Shown here: positions 32,004 through 39,237 of the stretch, in pieces | Numbering within the stretch: position 1 is the first letter of the stretch | Layout of the letters: each line of letters opens with the position of its first letter | DNA from: an uncultured bacterium | GTDB taxonomy: Bacteria > JAUVQV01 > CAWCAY01 | Assembly: GCA_963793725.1 (NCBI GenBank) | Contig: CAWCAY010000003.1 | Coordinates: forward strand, 778,496 to 842,495 | Reading direction: 5' to 3' | DNA length: 64,000 nucleotides | Notes under the pieces: model-generated | What the model was told of the DNA's origin: nothing | The model's input: the letters and a program-made list of their open reading frames with translations, nothing else | The model's database searches: none | Translations under genes and position numbers: made by a program

Positions 32004-32214
32004 TCAGGAGAATCGCCGCCGGGGCGTCGGGGCGCACCCGCCGGAAGCGGTGTCGCCGCCGCCGCAGGACGAAGACGAGAACGAGGAGACCACGCGCTCG
32101 GCGCCGCGGGGCCCCGCACTGCGGGCACACCTTGTCCTCGGCCTTGTCGTCGCCGAAGACGAAGCGCTCGAATCGCGTGCTGCACTTGCCGCACTGGTAC
32201 TCGTAGATCGGCAT
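32004..32214 (-). CDS. FmdB-family (CxxC_CxxC_SSSS) zinc-ribbon protein, one frame disruption near 32100-32112
   Basis: [36 protein letters not shown] is followed, in the adjacent frame, by [32 protein letters not shown] and a stop (tca 32004-32006). The length of 211 nt equals 3n+1. Confidence 0.65.
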
Positions 32215-32323
32215 TTCCTGTCCTCCCGTGTTCGTTGATCCGCCGCCGTCGTTGCCTGCCGCGCCGGTCGGCACCCATAATATAGGCGATCGGCCTTTGG
32301 ATGTGCAAACCGGGGAGGCAGTC

Positions 32324-33166
32324 ATGCCGGAATTGCCCGAGGTCGAGACGATCAGGCGGCAGCTCGCCGGCCGCCTGGCCGGGGCGCTGGTCACCGGCGC
32401 GGCGGTGTCCGACCGCCGCCTGGTCAGCCGCTCCCCCGGCTTCGATCCGGCCTCGCTCGCCGGCCGGCGCATCGCGGGCGTGGGGCGCCACGGCAAGCTG
32501 CTGCTGGTCGACCTGGACGACGGCCGCCGGCTGCTCTTCCACCTCAAGATGACCGGCGGCTTCAGCCTCGACGGCGCCGGGGAGCACCCCCACGTCCGCC
32601 TGGTGCTCGACCTGGTCGACGCGGCCGGGGTCCCCTTCCGCCTCCGCTTCACCGACAGCCGCCGGTTCGGGCGGCTCTACCTGGTCTTGCCGGGCGGGCC
32701 CGTCCCCGCTCGATGCCCAGGGGCCCGATGCCCTTCGGATCGACACGGCGGCGTGGCGGGCGCTCCTCGGCTCGTCGGGCCGGCGGATCAAGGCCTGCTG
32801 CTCGACCAGTCGAGGGTGGCCGGGATCGGCAACATCTATGCCGACGAGATGCTCCACCGGGCCGGCGTGCACCCCGCGACGCCGTCGCGGCGCATCGGCC
32901 CCGACCGTGCCGCGGCGCTCCACGCGGCCATGCGCGACATCCTGGCTGGAGCGATCGCCGCCGGGGGGTCGACCGTGCGCGACTACGCCTCGCCGTGCGG
33001 CCCGGGCTCCTTCCAGGAGCGGCACGCCGTCTACGGGCGGGCAGGGGAGCCCTGTCTTTCCTGCGGCACGCCCATCCGCAAGGTGAACCAGGGAGGGCGC
33101 GGTACCCACTTCTGCCCCGCCTGCCAGCGGCCGTCCCGCCGCCGCGCGAACGGGGGGCGCCGCTGA
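32324..33166 (+). CDS. mutM: Formamidopyrimidine-DNA glycosylase (Fpg/MutM) with an internal +1/-1 frame excursion (about 32690-32795)
   Basis: ATG 32324 is preceded by ggggagg. [14 protein letters not shown] is the catalytic Pro2/Glu3 start. H2TH and zinc-finger blocks are present: [27 protein letters not shown] and [25 protein letters not shown]. Between these regions the ORF frame reads nonsense, while the +1 frame reads [30 protein letters not shown]. Confidence 0.85.
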   Translation: MPELPEVETIRRQLAGRLAGALVTGAAVSDRRLVSRSPGFDPASLAGRRIAGVGRHGKLLLVDLDDGRRLLFHLKMTGGFSLDGAGEHPHVRLVLDLVDAAGVPFRLRFTDSRRFGRLYLVLPGGPVPARCPGARCPSDRHGGVAGAPRLVGPADQGLLLDQSRVAGIGNIYADEMLHRAGVHPATPSRRIGPDRAAALHAAMRDILAGAIAAGGSTVRDYASPCGPGSFQERHAVYGRAGEPCLSCGTPIRKVNQGGRGTHFCPACQRPSRRRANGGRR

Positions 33167-33779
33167 TGAACCGTTCGCCGTCGACGGTCCCGACGCCCCC
33201 CCGGCCGACGACGCCGAGCTGGTGCGGCGCTTCCAGTCGGGGGGCCGCGACGCCTTCGAGGAACTGATGCGCCGGCACATGGACTCGGTCTACAACCTCG
33301 GCGCACGCATGTGCCCCCGCCGGGCCGACGGCCAGGACCTGGTCCAGGACACCTTCCTGTCGGCCTACCGGCACCTAGGCGGTTTCCGGGGCGAGGCATC
33401 CTTCCGCACCTGGCTGTTGCGCATCGCCGCCACCTCCTGCATGCGGATGAAGCGCGACCGCCGGGTGCCGGGGCCCGAGGAGCGCCCTCTCGACGAGACG
33501 GGCGCCGAGGGACCGGCGGCCATGGCCGGGGAAGGGGAGGGGCCGGAGGGAATGGCCCTGCGGGGCGAGCTGCGCCAGGCGATCGACCGGGCCATCGGGG
33601 CCCTGCCGCCCTCGCTGCGCCTGGCCTTCGTCCTGCGTGAGCAGGAGGGGCTCTCGACGAGCGAGGCGGCCCGGGTGCTGGGCATCTCCGACGGGGCGCT
33701 GAAGACCCGGCTGTCCCGCGCGAGAGATGCGCTCGCCAGGGCGCTCCGGGGGTACGTGGAGGGGGACGGCCGTGGCTGA
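33166..33779 (+). CDS. ECF-type RNA polymerase sigma-70 factor; ATG 33166 is out of frame with the body unless C7 (33196-33202) is C8. The alternative start is GTG 33222
   Basis: ORF 33222..33779 contains [58 protein letters not shown] and [31 protein letters not shown]. The in-frame upstream DDAEL has no start codon. ATG 33166 overlaps the mutM stop (TGATG) and reads [12 protein letters not shown] up to the C-run. Confidence 0.85.
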
Positions 33780-34005
33780 CCGTGACTGCTGCCGGAAGGC
33801 GCGCGACCTGCTGCTGGCCCACCTCGACGGCCGGCTCCGGGGCCCCGTCTGCCGCGAGTTGGAGAAGCACCTGCGGGAATGCCCCGACTGCGCCGCCTGC
33901 CGCGAGCGCCTGGGCGACCTGCCGGGCCTCTGCCGCGAGCGTCGGACGCCGGGGACCGCCCGGCGCGAGGAGTTGATCCGGCGCATCCTGGATTCGATCG
34001 GGTGA
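33772..34005 (+). CDS. Anti-sigma factor, zf-HC2 type (short)
   Basis: GTG 33772 overlaps the sigma stop by 8 nt. The HX3CX2C motif lies in LEKHLRECPDCAAC. The call is taken from ORF 33727..34005. Confidence 0.65.
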   Translation: MADRDCCRKARDLLLAHLDGRLRGPVCRELEKHLRECPDCAACRERLGDLPGLCRERRTPGTARREELIRRILDSIG

Positions 34006-35840
34006 GCCGCGCGGGCGCGGGGTGGGCGGCGCGAAACGCCCGCTGGCTGCTCCTCGGCGCCCCTGTCGTCATCTTCCTGGCGGCGCTCTGGTGGTCGCTG
34101 ACCGGCCCGATCGGCGATCCCGACTCCTGGTGGCACCTGGCCACCGGCCGGTGGATGTGGGAGCACCGTGCCCTGCCGTCGGCCGACCCCTTCGGCGTCA
34201 CCCAGGCCGAACCGGTCACCCCGTCCAGGCTTCTCTTCGTCCTGCGGCAGTACTGGCTGGCCCAGGTGATTGCCTACGGCGTCTTCCTGGCGGCCGGATT
34301 CCAGGGCCTGATCGTGATGCGGGCCACGATGCTCACGGCCATGTTCGCCGTCGTGTACCGGTTGCTGCGACGGGCCGGGGCCGGAGCGGGCGGGGCGGCC
34401 CTGCTGACCCTCTGGGTCTGGGGGGTGGTCTTCGGGGAGATCGGCTACACCGGCGACCGGCCGCAGCTCTGGAGCAGCCTGCTGGGAATGGTCGTGCTGT
34501 TGGTCCTCGACGATCTGCGCCGGGGGAGGCGCTATGCCGCCTGGGCCCTGCCGGCGGCGATGTGCCTGTGGGCGAACCTGCACGCCGGCTACGTGCTCGG
34601 GCTGGCCGTCGTGGGCGTCTCCCTTGCGGCCGCGCTGGTCACCCGGAGCGGCAGCCGCCGCTTCTTCATTGCCGGCCTGGCGGCGCTCGCGGCCGCGGGC
34701 CTCAACCCGCGCGGATTCGCCGCGGTCGGGGTGGTCGCCTCGACGCTGCTCGATTCACGCGCCGCCGAGCACTGGGGGGTCTTCGTCGAGAGCCAGTCGA
34801 TCCTCTCCCACGGCGGCCTCTGGGGAACCGTTCGCCGCCTGCCGCTCCTCTCTTCGCTCGCGCTAGCCGCGCTCGCTTCGCTGGCTCTCGCCCTTCCCCG
34901 CTGGCGCCGCCTGCGGGCCGACCGCACGCTTATCTTCCTGCTGGGCGCAGGGATGGGCGTGGCCAGCATCCGTTACCTCGTCTTCGCCGCGCCGGTGGCG
35001 GCGATCGCCCTGGCTGCCAACCTGCGCGTCGCTTCGGGATGGCTGCCGGTTTGGCTTCGGGCCTGCTTACGGCGGGCGATCGCCGGACGTCGGCTGCGCA
35101 TCGCGGCGGCGGTCGCACTCCCGCTCGCGGCGGCCGTCCCACCCCTGCTGGCCGGTCTGTCGACGACTTCCCTGGCCAGCCCGCACCCCTACGACAGCCG
35201 CCTCGACGGCGGAGTGGCCTTCATCCGGCGGCACGACCTGTCCGGCAATCTCTTCGGCAACTATGCCGACGGCGGGCGCCTGGTATGGGAACTGGCCGAC
35301 CGGGCGCGCGTGTTCATCGACGGGCGCTCGGTCTCGCCCGACATGTATTGGCGCTACCAGGCGATCATCGACCGCCCGTTCGTGACCGACCACCGTGGTG
35401 TCAGGCAGTACCAGTCGGGGCTCGATCGATTCGGCGTCGACATGGTGATAATCCCCGGGGTCGAGCCGCTGACCGGCACGATCATCCCGCTGGCCCTGGC
35501 GCTGCTGCGGGATCCGTCATGGGCGCTGGTCCACGCCGATCAGTCGGCGATCCTCTTCCTGCGGGCGGCCACCGCCCCGCCGGAGCTGGTCGCCGCGATG
35601 CGCCTCCCGTCGACGGCCGGCTATGACCACATCCTGGCCGCCGCCCGGGCTGCCTCGCGCACCCTCCATGGCGGCCGGATGCCCGACTGGCTCCTGGCCA
35701 CCGCGCTGGCCCTGGCCGGCAAGGGGGATTCGGCCGGGGCCGTCGCCTGGCTCGACCGCTACCTGGCCGGCGTGCCGGGAGACCTGTCGGCCAAGTCGCT
35801 GCGCGCCGAACTCGCGGCCGCCGCCGGCGCCCCCCGCTGA
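34002..35840 (+). CDS. Large polytopic membrane protein, GT-C-like candidate, with a C-terminal soluble domain
   Basis: GTG 34002 overlaps the anti-sigma stop (GTGA). The sequence GDPDSWWHLATGRWMWEHRALPSADPF follows the first TM segment, and there are more than 10 hydrophobic segments. The call is taken from ORF 33879..35840. Confidence 0.55.
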   Translation: MSRAGAGWAARNARWLLLGAPVVIFLAALWWSLTGPIGDPDSWWHLATGRWMWEHRALPSADPFGVTQAEPVTPSRLLFVLRQYWLAQVIAYGVFLAAGFQGLIVMRATMLTAMFAVVYRLLRRAGAGAGGAALLTLWVWGVVFGEIGYTGDRPQLWSSLLGMVVLLVLDDLRRGRRYAAWALPAAMCLWANLHAGYVLGLAVVGVSLAAALVTRSGSRRFFIAGLAALAAAGLNPRGFAAVGVVASTLLDSRAAEHWGVFVESQSILSHGGLWGTVRRLPLLSSLALAALASLALALPRWRRLRADRTLIFLLGAGMGVASIRYLVFAAPVAAIALAANLRVASGWLPVWLRACLRRAIAGRRLRIAAAVALPLAAAVPPLLAGLSTTSLASPHPYDSRLDGGVAFIRRHDLSGNLFGNYADGGRLVWELADRARVFIDGRSVSPDMYWRYQAIIDRPFVTDHRGVRQYQSGLDRFGVDMVIIPGVEPLTGTIIPLALALLRDPSWALVHADQSAILFLRAATAPPELVAAMRLPSTAGYDHILAAARAASRTLHGGRMPDWLLATALALAGKGDSAGAVAWLDRYLAGVPGDLSAKSLRAELAAAAGAPR

Positions 35841-35885
35841 CCCGCCTGCCCGGCGCTCCCGGCCCTTCCCGGCAGGGCCGGGCGC

Positions 35886-36512
35886 GTGTATGATTCCCTC
35901 ATGGATCGGACCTCACCCGTGCCGAAAATTCTGCTGGCGCTCTACCTGGCCCTCTTCGTCGCCCTGGCGATCTCCCCGAACGACCGCGCCGTCTGGCTGG
36001 CCGAGAACCTGACCATCGCCTGGATTCCGGCCCTGCTGGCCTGGCTCTGGGTCCGCAAGGGTGTGCGCCTGTCGACCCTGTCATACGTGCTGATGAGCGT
36101 CCTCGTCTTCCTGCACACCATCGGCGGGCACTACACCTTCGCGCTGGTCCCCTTCGGCTGGGTCACCGAGTTCTTCGGCTTCCAGCGGAACCACTACGAC
36201 CGGATGGCCCACTTCTCGGTCGGCTTCTATGCCTTCCCCATAGTCGAACTACTGGAGCGCTACCGGGTGATGCGCCTCCGGTGGGCCGCCCTGGCCTTCG
36301 CGCTGATGACCATCGTCTCGGTGGCCGCCTTCTACGAACTGATCGAGTGGCAGTTCGCCGTCATGGCCGACCCGGCCGCCGGGATTGCCGTGCTCGGCAG
36401 CCAGGGGGACGTCTGGGATGCCCAGAAGGACATGCTGGCCGACACCCTGGGCGCCCTCTCCGCCCTCCTTCTTTACCTTGCCCTCCGCCCCAACCGCAAT
36501 CAACCTAATTAG
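35886..36512 (+). CDS. YjdF/DUF2238-family inner membrane protein
   Basis: 208-aa ORF with HTIGGHYTFALVPFGW..FGFQRNHYDRMAHFSVGFY..YELIEW..GSQGDVWDAQKDML. Confidence 0.8.
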   Translation: MYDSLMDRTSPVPKILLALYLALFVALAISPNDRAVWLAENLTIAWIPALLAWLWVRKGVRLSTLSYVLMSVLVFLHTIGGHYTFALVPFGWVTEFFGFQRNHYDRMAHFSVGFYAFPIVELLERYRVMRLRWAALAFALMTIVSVAAFYELIEWQFAVMADPAAGIAVLGSQGDVWDAQKDMLADTLGALSALLLYLALRPNRNQPN

Positions 36513-36744
36513 GCCGCAACAGCAGGCGAGGTGATACCGGGCGAATGGCCCGGGTGACGCCTCCGGGGGACCCCCACGTGACGCGCAGCCAGTTGGCGAG
36601 CACCACGTGGGGGTGGGAGGCGGCAGGACCCGGCCCGACGTTGCGGAAACATTCCCACGCCAAATCGCAGGTCTGTAACCTTTCGGCAAAATCCGTCTCT
36701 ATGGAGGTGTGAGGAGATTCCGAACATTCCTGGAGGAGGATGAC

Positions 36745-37779
36745 ATGGCCGAGATGAAGATGAACCGCCGGGGCTTCCTGAAGGGCGCCCTGGCCGCCGC
36801 GGGGGCCTCGATGGCGCTCAAGCCAAGGCCGGCGGCAGCCTCGGGAAGGAACAGCAAGCGCCGGGCGATGATGATCGACCTGACGCAGTGCGACGGCTGC
36901 CCCGGCAAGGGGACGCCGGCCTGCGTGGCCGCCTGCCGGACCGAGAACCAGTCGCGCTTCCCGGTGCCCGAGAAGCCGATCAAGGACTACTGGCCGCAGA
37001 AGAAGCACGAGGACTGGTCCGAGAAGCAGGGGCTCACGTCGACGCTGACCCCGTACAACTGGACCGCCGTCCAGAAGGTCGAGGTGGAGCAGGGCGGAGA
37101 GAAGGTGGCCGTCAACGTGCCGCGCCACTGCATGCACTGCGACGACCCGGCGTGCGTCAAGGTCTGCCCGGTGGGTGCCAACACCAAGCGGGACGACGGC
37201 GCGGTGTGCATCGACCCGGAACTCTGTCTCGGCGGGGCCAAGTGCCGCGACGTCTGCCCGTGGGGAATTCCGCAGCGCCAGTCCGGCGTGGGCATCTACC
37301 TCAACTTCGATCCGGCCCTCGGGGGCGGCGTCCTCTACAAGTGCGACTTCTGCGCCTTGCGGGCCGACGCCGGGAAGGAGCCGGCGTGCGTCGATGCTTG
37401 CCGGCTCTCCCGCGCCGAGCGGGGCGGCCAGCCGGCGGTGATCGCCGGGACGCGCGAGGAGATCGTTGCCCGGGCGAAGGCGCGCGCGGCCGAGGTCGGC
37501 GGCCACGTCTACGGCCTGGAGGAGAACGGCGGCACGTCGGTCATCTACGTCTCGAGCGTCCCGTTCGAGAAGATCGACGCGGCGCTGGTCGCCCGGAAGG
37601 ACCGTTTCCGGATGCCGAAGGTGAAGAACAGGATGTACGAGGAGAACGCCGGCGTGCGGACGCTGCTGGCCGCGCCGGTGGCCGGGCTGGTCGCCGGCCT
37701 GGCGCTGGCCGGCAAGTCGTTCGTCAAGACGGCCAGGAAGAGCGAAAACGACATGGAGGTGAACGGCGATGGCCGCTAA
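36745..37779 (+). CDS. TAT-exported 4Fe-4S ferredoxin-type subunit (HybA/NrfC/PhsB-like) with C-terminal TM anchor
   Basis: ATG 36745 is preceded by ggaggagg. The twin-arginine signal is MNRRGFLKGALAAAGASMA. Cys clusters are CDGCPGKGTPACVAACRTEN, CMHCDDPACVKVCP, CLGGAKCRDVCP and CDFC..ACVDAC. The C-terminal helix is LLAAPVAGLVAGLALAG. Confidence 0.85.
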   Translation: MAEMKMNRRGFLKGALAAAGASMALKPRPAAASGRNSKRRAMMIDLTQCDGCPGKGTPACVAACRTENQSRFPVPEKPIKDYWPQKKHEDWSEKQGLTSTLTPYNWTAVQKVEVEQGGEKVAVNVPRHCMHCDDPACVKVCPVGANTKRDDGAVCIDPELCLGGAKCRDVCPWGIPQRQSGVGIYLNFDPALGGGVLYKCDFCALRADAGKEPACVDACRLSRAERGGQPAVIAGTREEIVARAKARAAEVGGHVYGLEENGGTSVIYVSSVPFEKIDAALVARKDRFRMPKVKNRMYEENAGVRTLLAAPVAGLVAGLALAGKSFVKTARKSENDMEVNGDGR

Positions 37780-38578
37780 GAAAGAACTGGCTCCGCGTCA
37801 CTCGGCCCTGGTGCGCCTGGAGCACTGGCTCGTGGCCATCTCGGGCTTCGTGCTGGTCTTCAGCGGCTTCGGCCAATTCCCGATGTTCAAGCGCTACAAC
37901 ATCGTCAAGCTACCCGGCCTAGCGTGGGGCGACAACTACTGGACCCACTACGGCATCCACCTCTGGGCGGCGGCCGTCTTCGTCGCCGCGGTGGTCTTCC
38001 ACCTGGTCTACCACCTGCACCGGCGCGAGACGGCCATATGGCCGAAGAAGGGTGACCTGGGCGAGTCGCTGCGGATCATGAAGGCGATGCTGACCGGCAA
38101 ACCGGAGCCCCCGTCGGGCAAGTTCCTGGCCGAGCAGCGCCTGGCCTACGTCTTCTTCGGTGGATCGATACTGCTGCTGATCGCCACCGGCCTGGTCAAG
38201 GCTTGGAAGAACCTCCCCGGCAACGGCCTGGCGCCCGGGATGGAGGTGGCCATGACGATGCTGCACAACCTCGGGACGATACTCTTCCTGGTGGCCCTGG
38301 CGGCCCACCTGTTCGCGCTGGTGATCAAGCCGAACCGGCCGCTGTCGCTGTCGATGTTTACCGGCAGGGTCGACGCGGACTATGCCCGCCACCGCCACCC
38401 CCTGTGGGACCCGTCGGCGGGGTCGCGCACTACCGGGGAGGGAAGAGAGCAATCACCTGGGGGATGCGGGCGAAGTGCCGGTCGGTGGTCAGCAATAGCA
38501 GGCCGTGCTGCATCGCCGTGGCGGCGATCCAGAGATCATTGGTGGGGACCGGGATGCCCCTGTTGCGAAGGTCGTTGA
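37769..38578 (+). CDS. Membrane b-type cytochrome subunit (FdnI/PhsC-like); the 3' tail runs into the convergent vapC
   Basis: The sequence has LVRLEHWLVAISGFVLVFSG, HYGIHLWAAAVFV..FHLVYH and MLHNLGTILFLVALAAHLF, with His ligands in the TM helices. It overlaps the FeS gene by 11 nt. The last 50 or so codons overlap vapC on the other strand and look non-native. Confidence 0.75.
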   Translation: MAAKKELAPRHSALVRLEHWLVAISGFVLVFSGFGQFPMFKRYNIVKLPGLAWGDNYWTHYGIHLWAAAVFVAAVVFHLVYHLHRRETAIWPKKGDLGESLRIMKAMLTGKPEPPSGKFLAEQRLAYVFFGGSILLLIATGLVKAWKNLPGNGLAPGMEVAMTMLHNLGTILFLVALAAHLFALVIKPNRPLSLSMFTGRVDADYARHRHPLWDPSAGSRTTGEGREQSPGGCGRSAGRWSAIAGRAASPWRRSRDHWWGPGCPCCEGR

Positions 38579-38815
38579 GGATGACCGCGTAGCGCTCGGC
38601 CGTCTCGCCGTCAATGGCTTCCACCCGTATCGGGGCGAATCGAGGAACTGTACCAGAAGGGCGCGGTTGTGACGCTCGCGGCCGCCCCTACGAAATCCGG
38701 CCAAGAGTTCCCCGAGGACCGCCGCGTTGAGGACGATCTCGTCAGCTTCCTGCAACCGCTCCTTCACCCATGCTTCGCCTCGCATGAAGGCGGAATAGGC
38801 CGAGGTGTCGAGCAT
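38430..38815 (-). CDS. vapC: VapC-type PIN-domain toxin, one frame disruption near G4 at 38632-38635
   Basis: MLDTSAYSAFMRGEAWVKERLQEADEIVLNAAVLGELLAGF (within ORF 38489..39097) joins EAIDGETAERYAVILNDLRNRGIPVPTNDLWIAATAMQHGLLLLTTDRHF (ORF 38430..38624). ATG 38815 overlaps the vapB stop. The length of 386 nt equals 3n+2. Confidence 0.8.
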
Positions 38816-39084
38816 CACTCGGCGGCTTTCCAAAGCTCCTCCTCGACGCGGCGCTGGTCTGCCAGGTCGGCATCGAATGCCTCGGCCTCCTTGCGGTTCC
38901 AGGCGCCCGCGAGTCGGTCGAGGTCGTGGTGTCGTTTCTTCCGTTGCGCCGTCACCGGCTGGCCAACCGCGTCCTCGAGCATGAGGACGATAGAACGGTT
39001 GAGACTGAGCCCCTCCTTCTCGGCCTTCCTCCGGACCACCCTGGCGACGGCGTCTGACAATCCCCTGATGGTGATCTGCTTCAT
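38815..39084 (-). CDS. vapB: VapB/FitA-like ribbon-helix-helix antitoxin
   Basis: 89-aa ORF. MKQITIRGLSDAVARVVRRKAEKEGLSLNRSIVLMLEDA is a typical RHH antitoxin N-terminus. The RBS is ggagg. Confidence 0.75.
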   Translation of the reverse strand: MKQITIRGLSDAVARVVRRKAEKEGLSLNRSIVLMLEDAVGQPVTAQRKKRHHDLDRLAGAWNRKEAEAFDADLADQRRVEEELWKAAE

Positions 39085-39100
39085 GCCCGGCCTCCACGAA

Positions 39101-39139
39101 TGACTCTATAGAAAATCATCATGAGTCAATAATTGACTC
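39101..39139. promoter_or_regulatory. Candidate VapB operator: TGACTC / GAGTCA half-sites
   Basis: The half-sites are TGACTC 39101-39106, GAGTCA 39123-39128 and TGACTC 39134-39139. The last two form the palindrome GAGTCAATAATTGACTC. The sites sit 17-55 nt upstream of the vapB start, in an AT-rich patch. Confidence 0.4.
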
Positions 39140-39191
39140 GGCATCGCGTCTTGTCAACCAGATTCTCGGCAACGCTGTTCCGCCGCACGGC

Positions 39192-39220
39192 TTGACAGCG
39201 GCGCGCGGCGGGGGTATGAC
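39192..39220 (+). promoter_or_regulatory. Sigma70-like promoter candidate for the J-domain gene
   Basis: TTGACA (39192-39197), a 17-nt spacer, then TATGAC (39215-39220). The site lies 18 nt upstream of ATG 39238, and ggaggg lies between them. Confidence 0.3.
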
Positions 39221-39237
39221 CGGTACGGAGGGAACCG

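Noticed and set aside
30578-33280. 900-aa ORF on the minus strand, the second-longest in the track
   Set aside because: It is not a gene. Its sequence is mostly Arg/Pro/Gly/Ala-rich low-complexity text. It reads antisense through mutM, through the FmdB-type gene out of frame, and drifts in and out of the true frame of the two ABC ATPase genes. Long spurious ORFs of this kind are expected in DNA this GC-rich, where stop codons are rare.
36560-36620. Inverted repeat cccccacgtg ... cacgtggggg upstream of the FeS gene, superficially similar to the 3178-3219 hairpin
   Set aside because: The two hairpins share only the CCCCCACG start and otherwise differ, so they are not copies of one repeat family. 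There is no supporting context for a riboswitch or operator.
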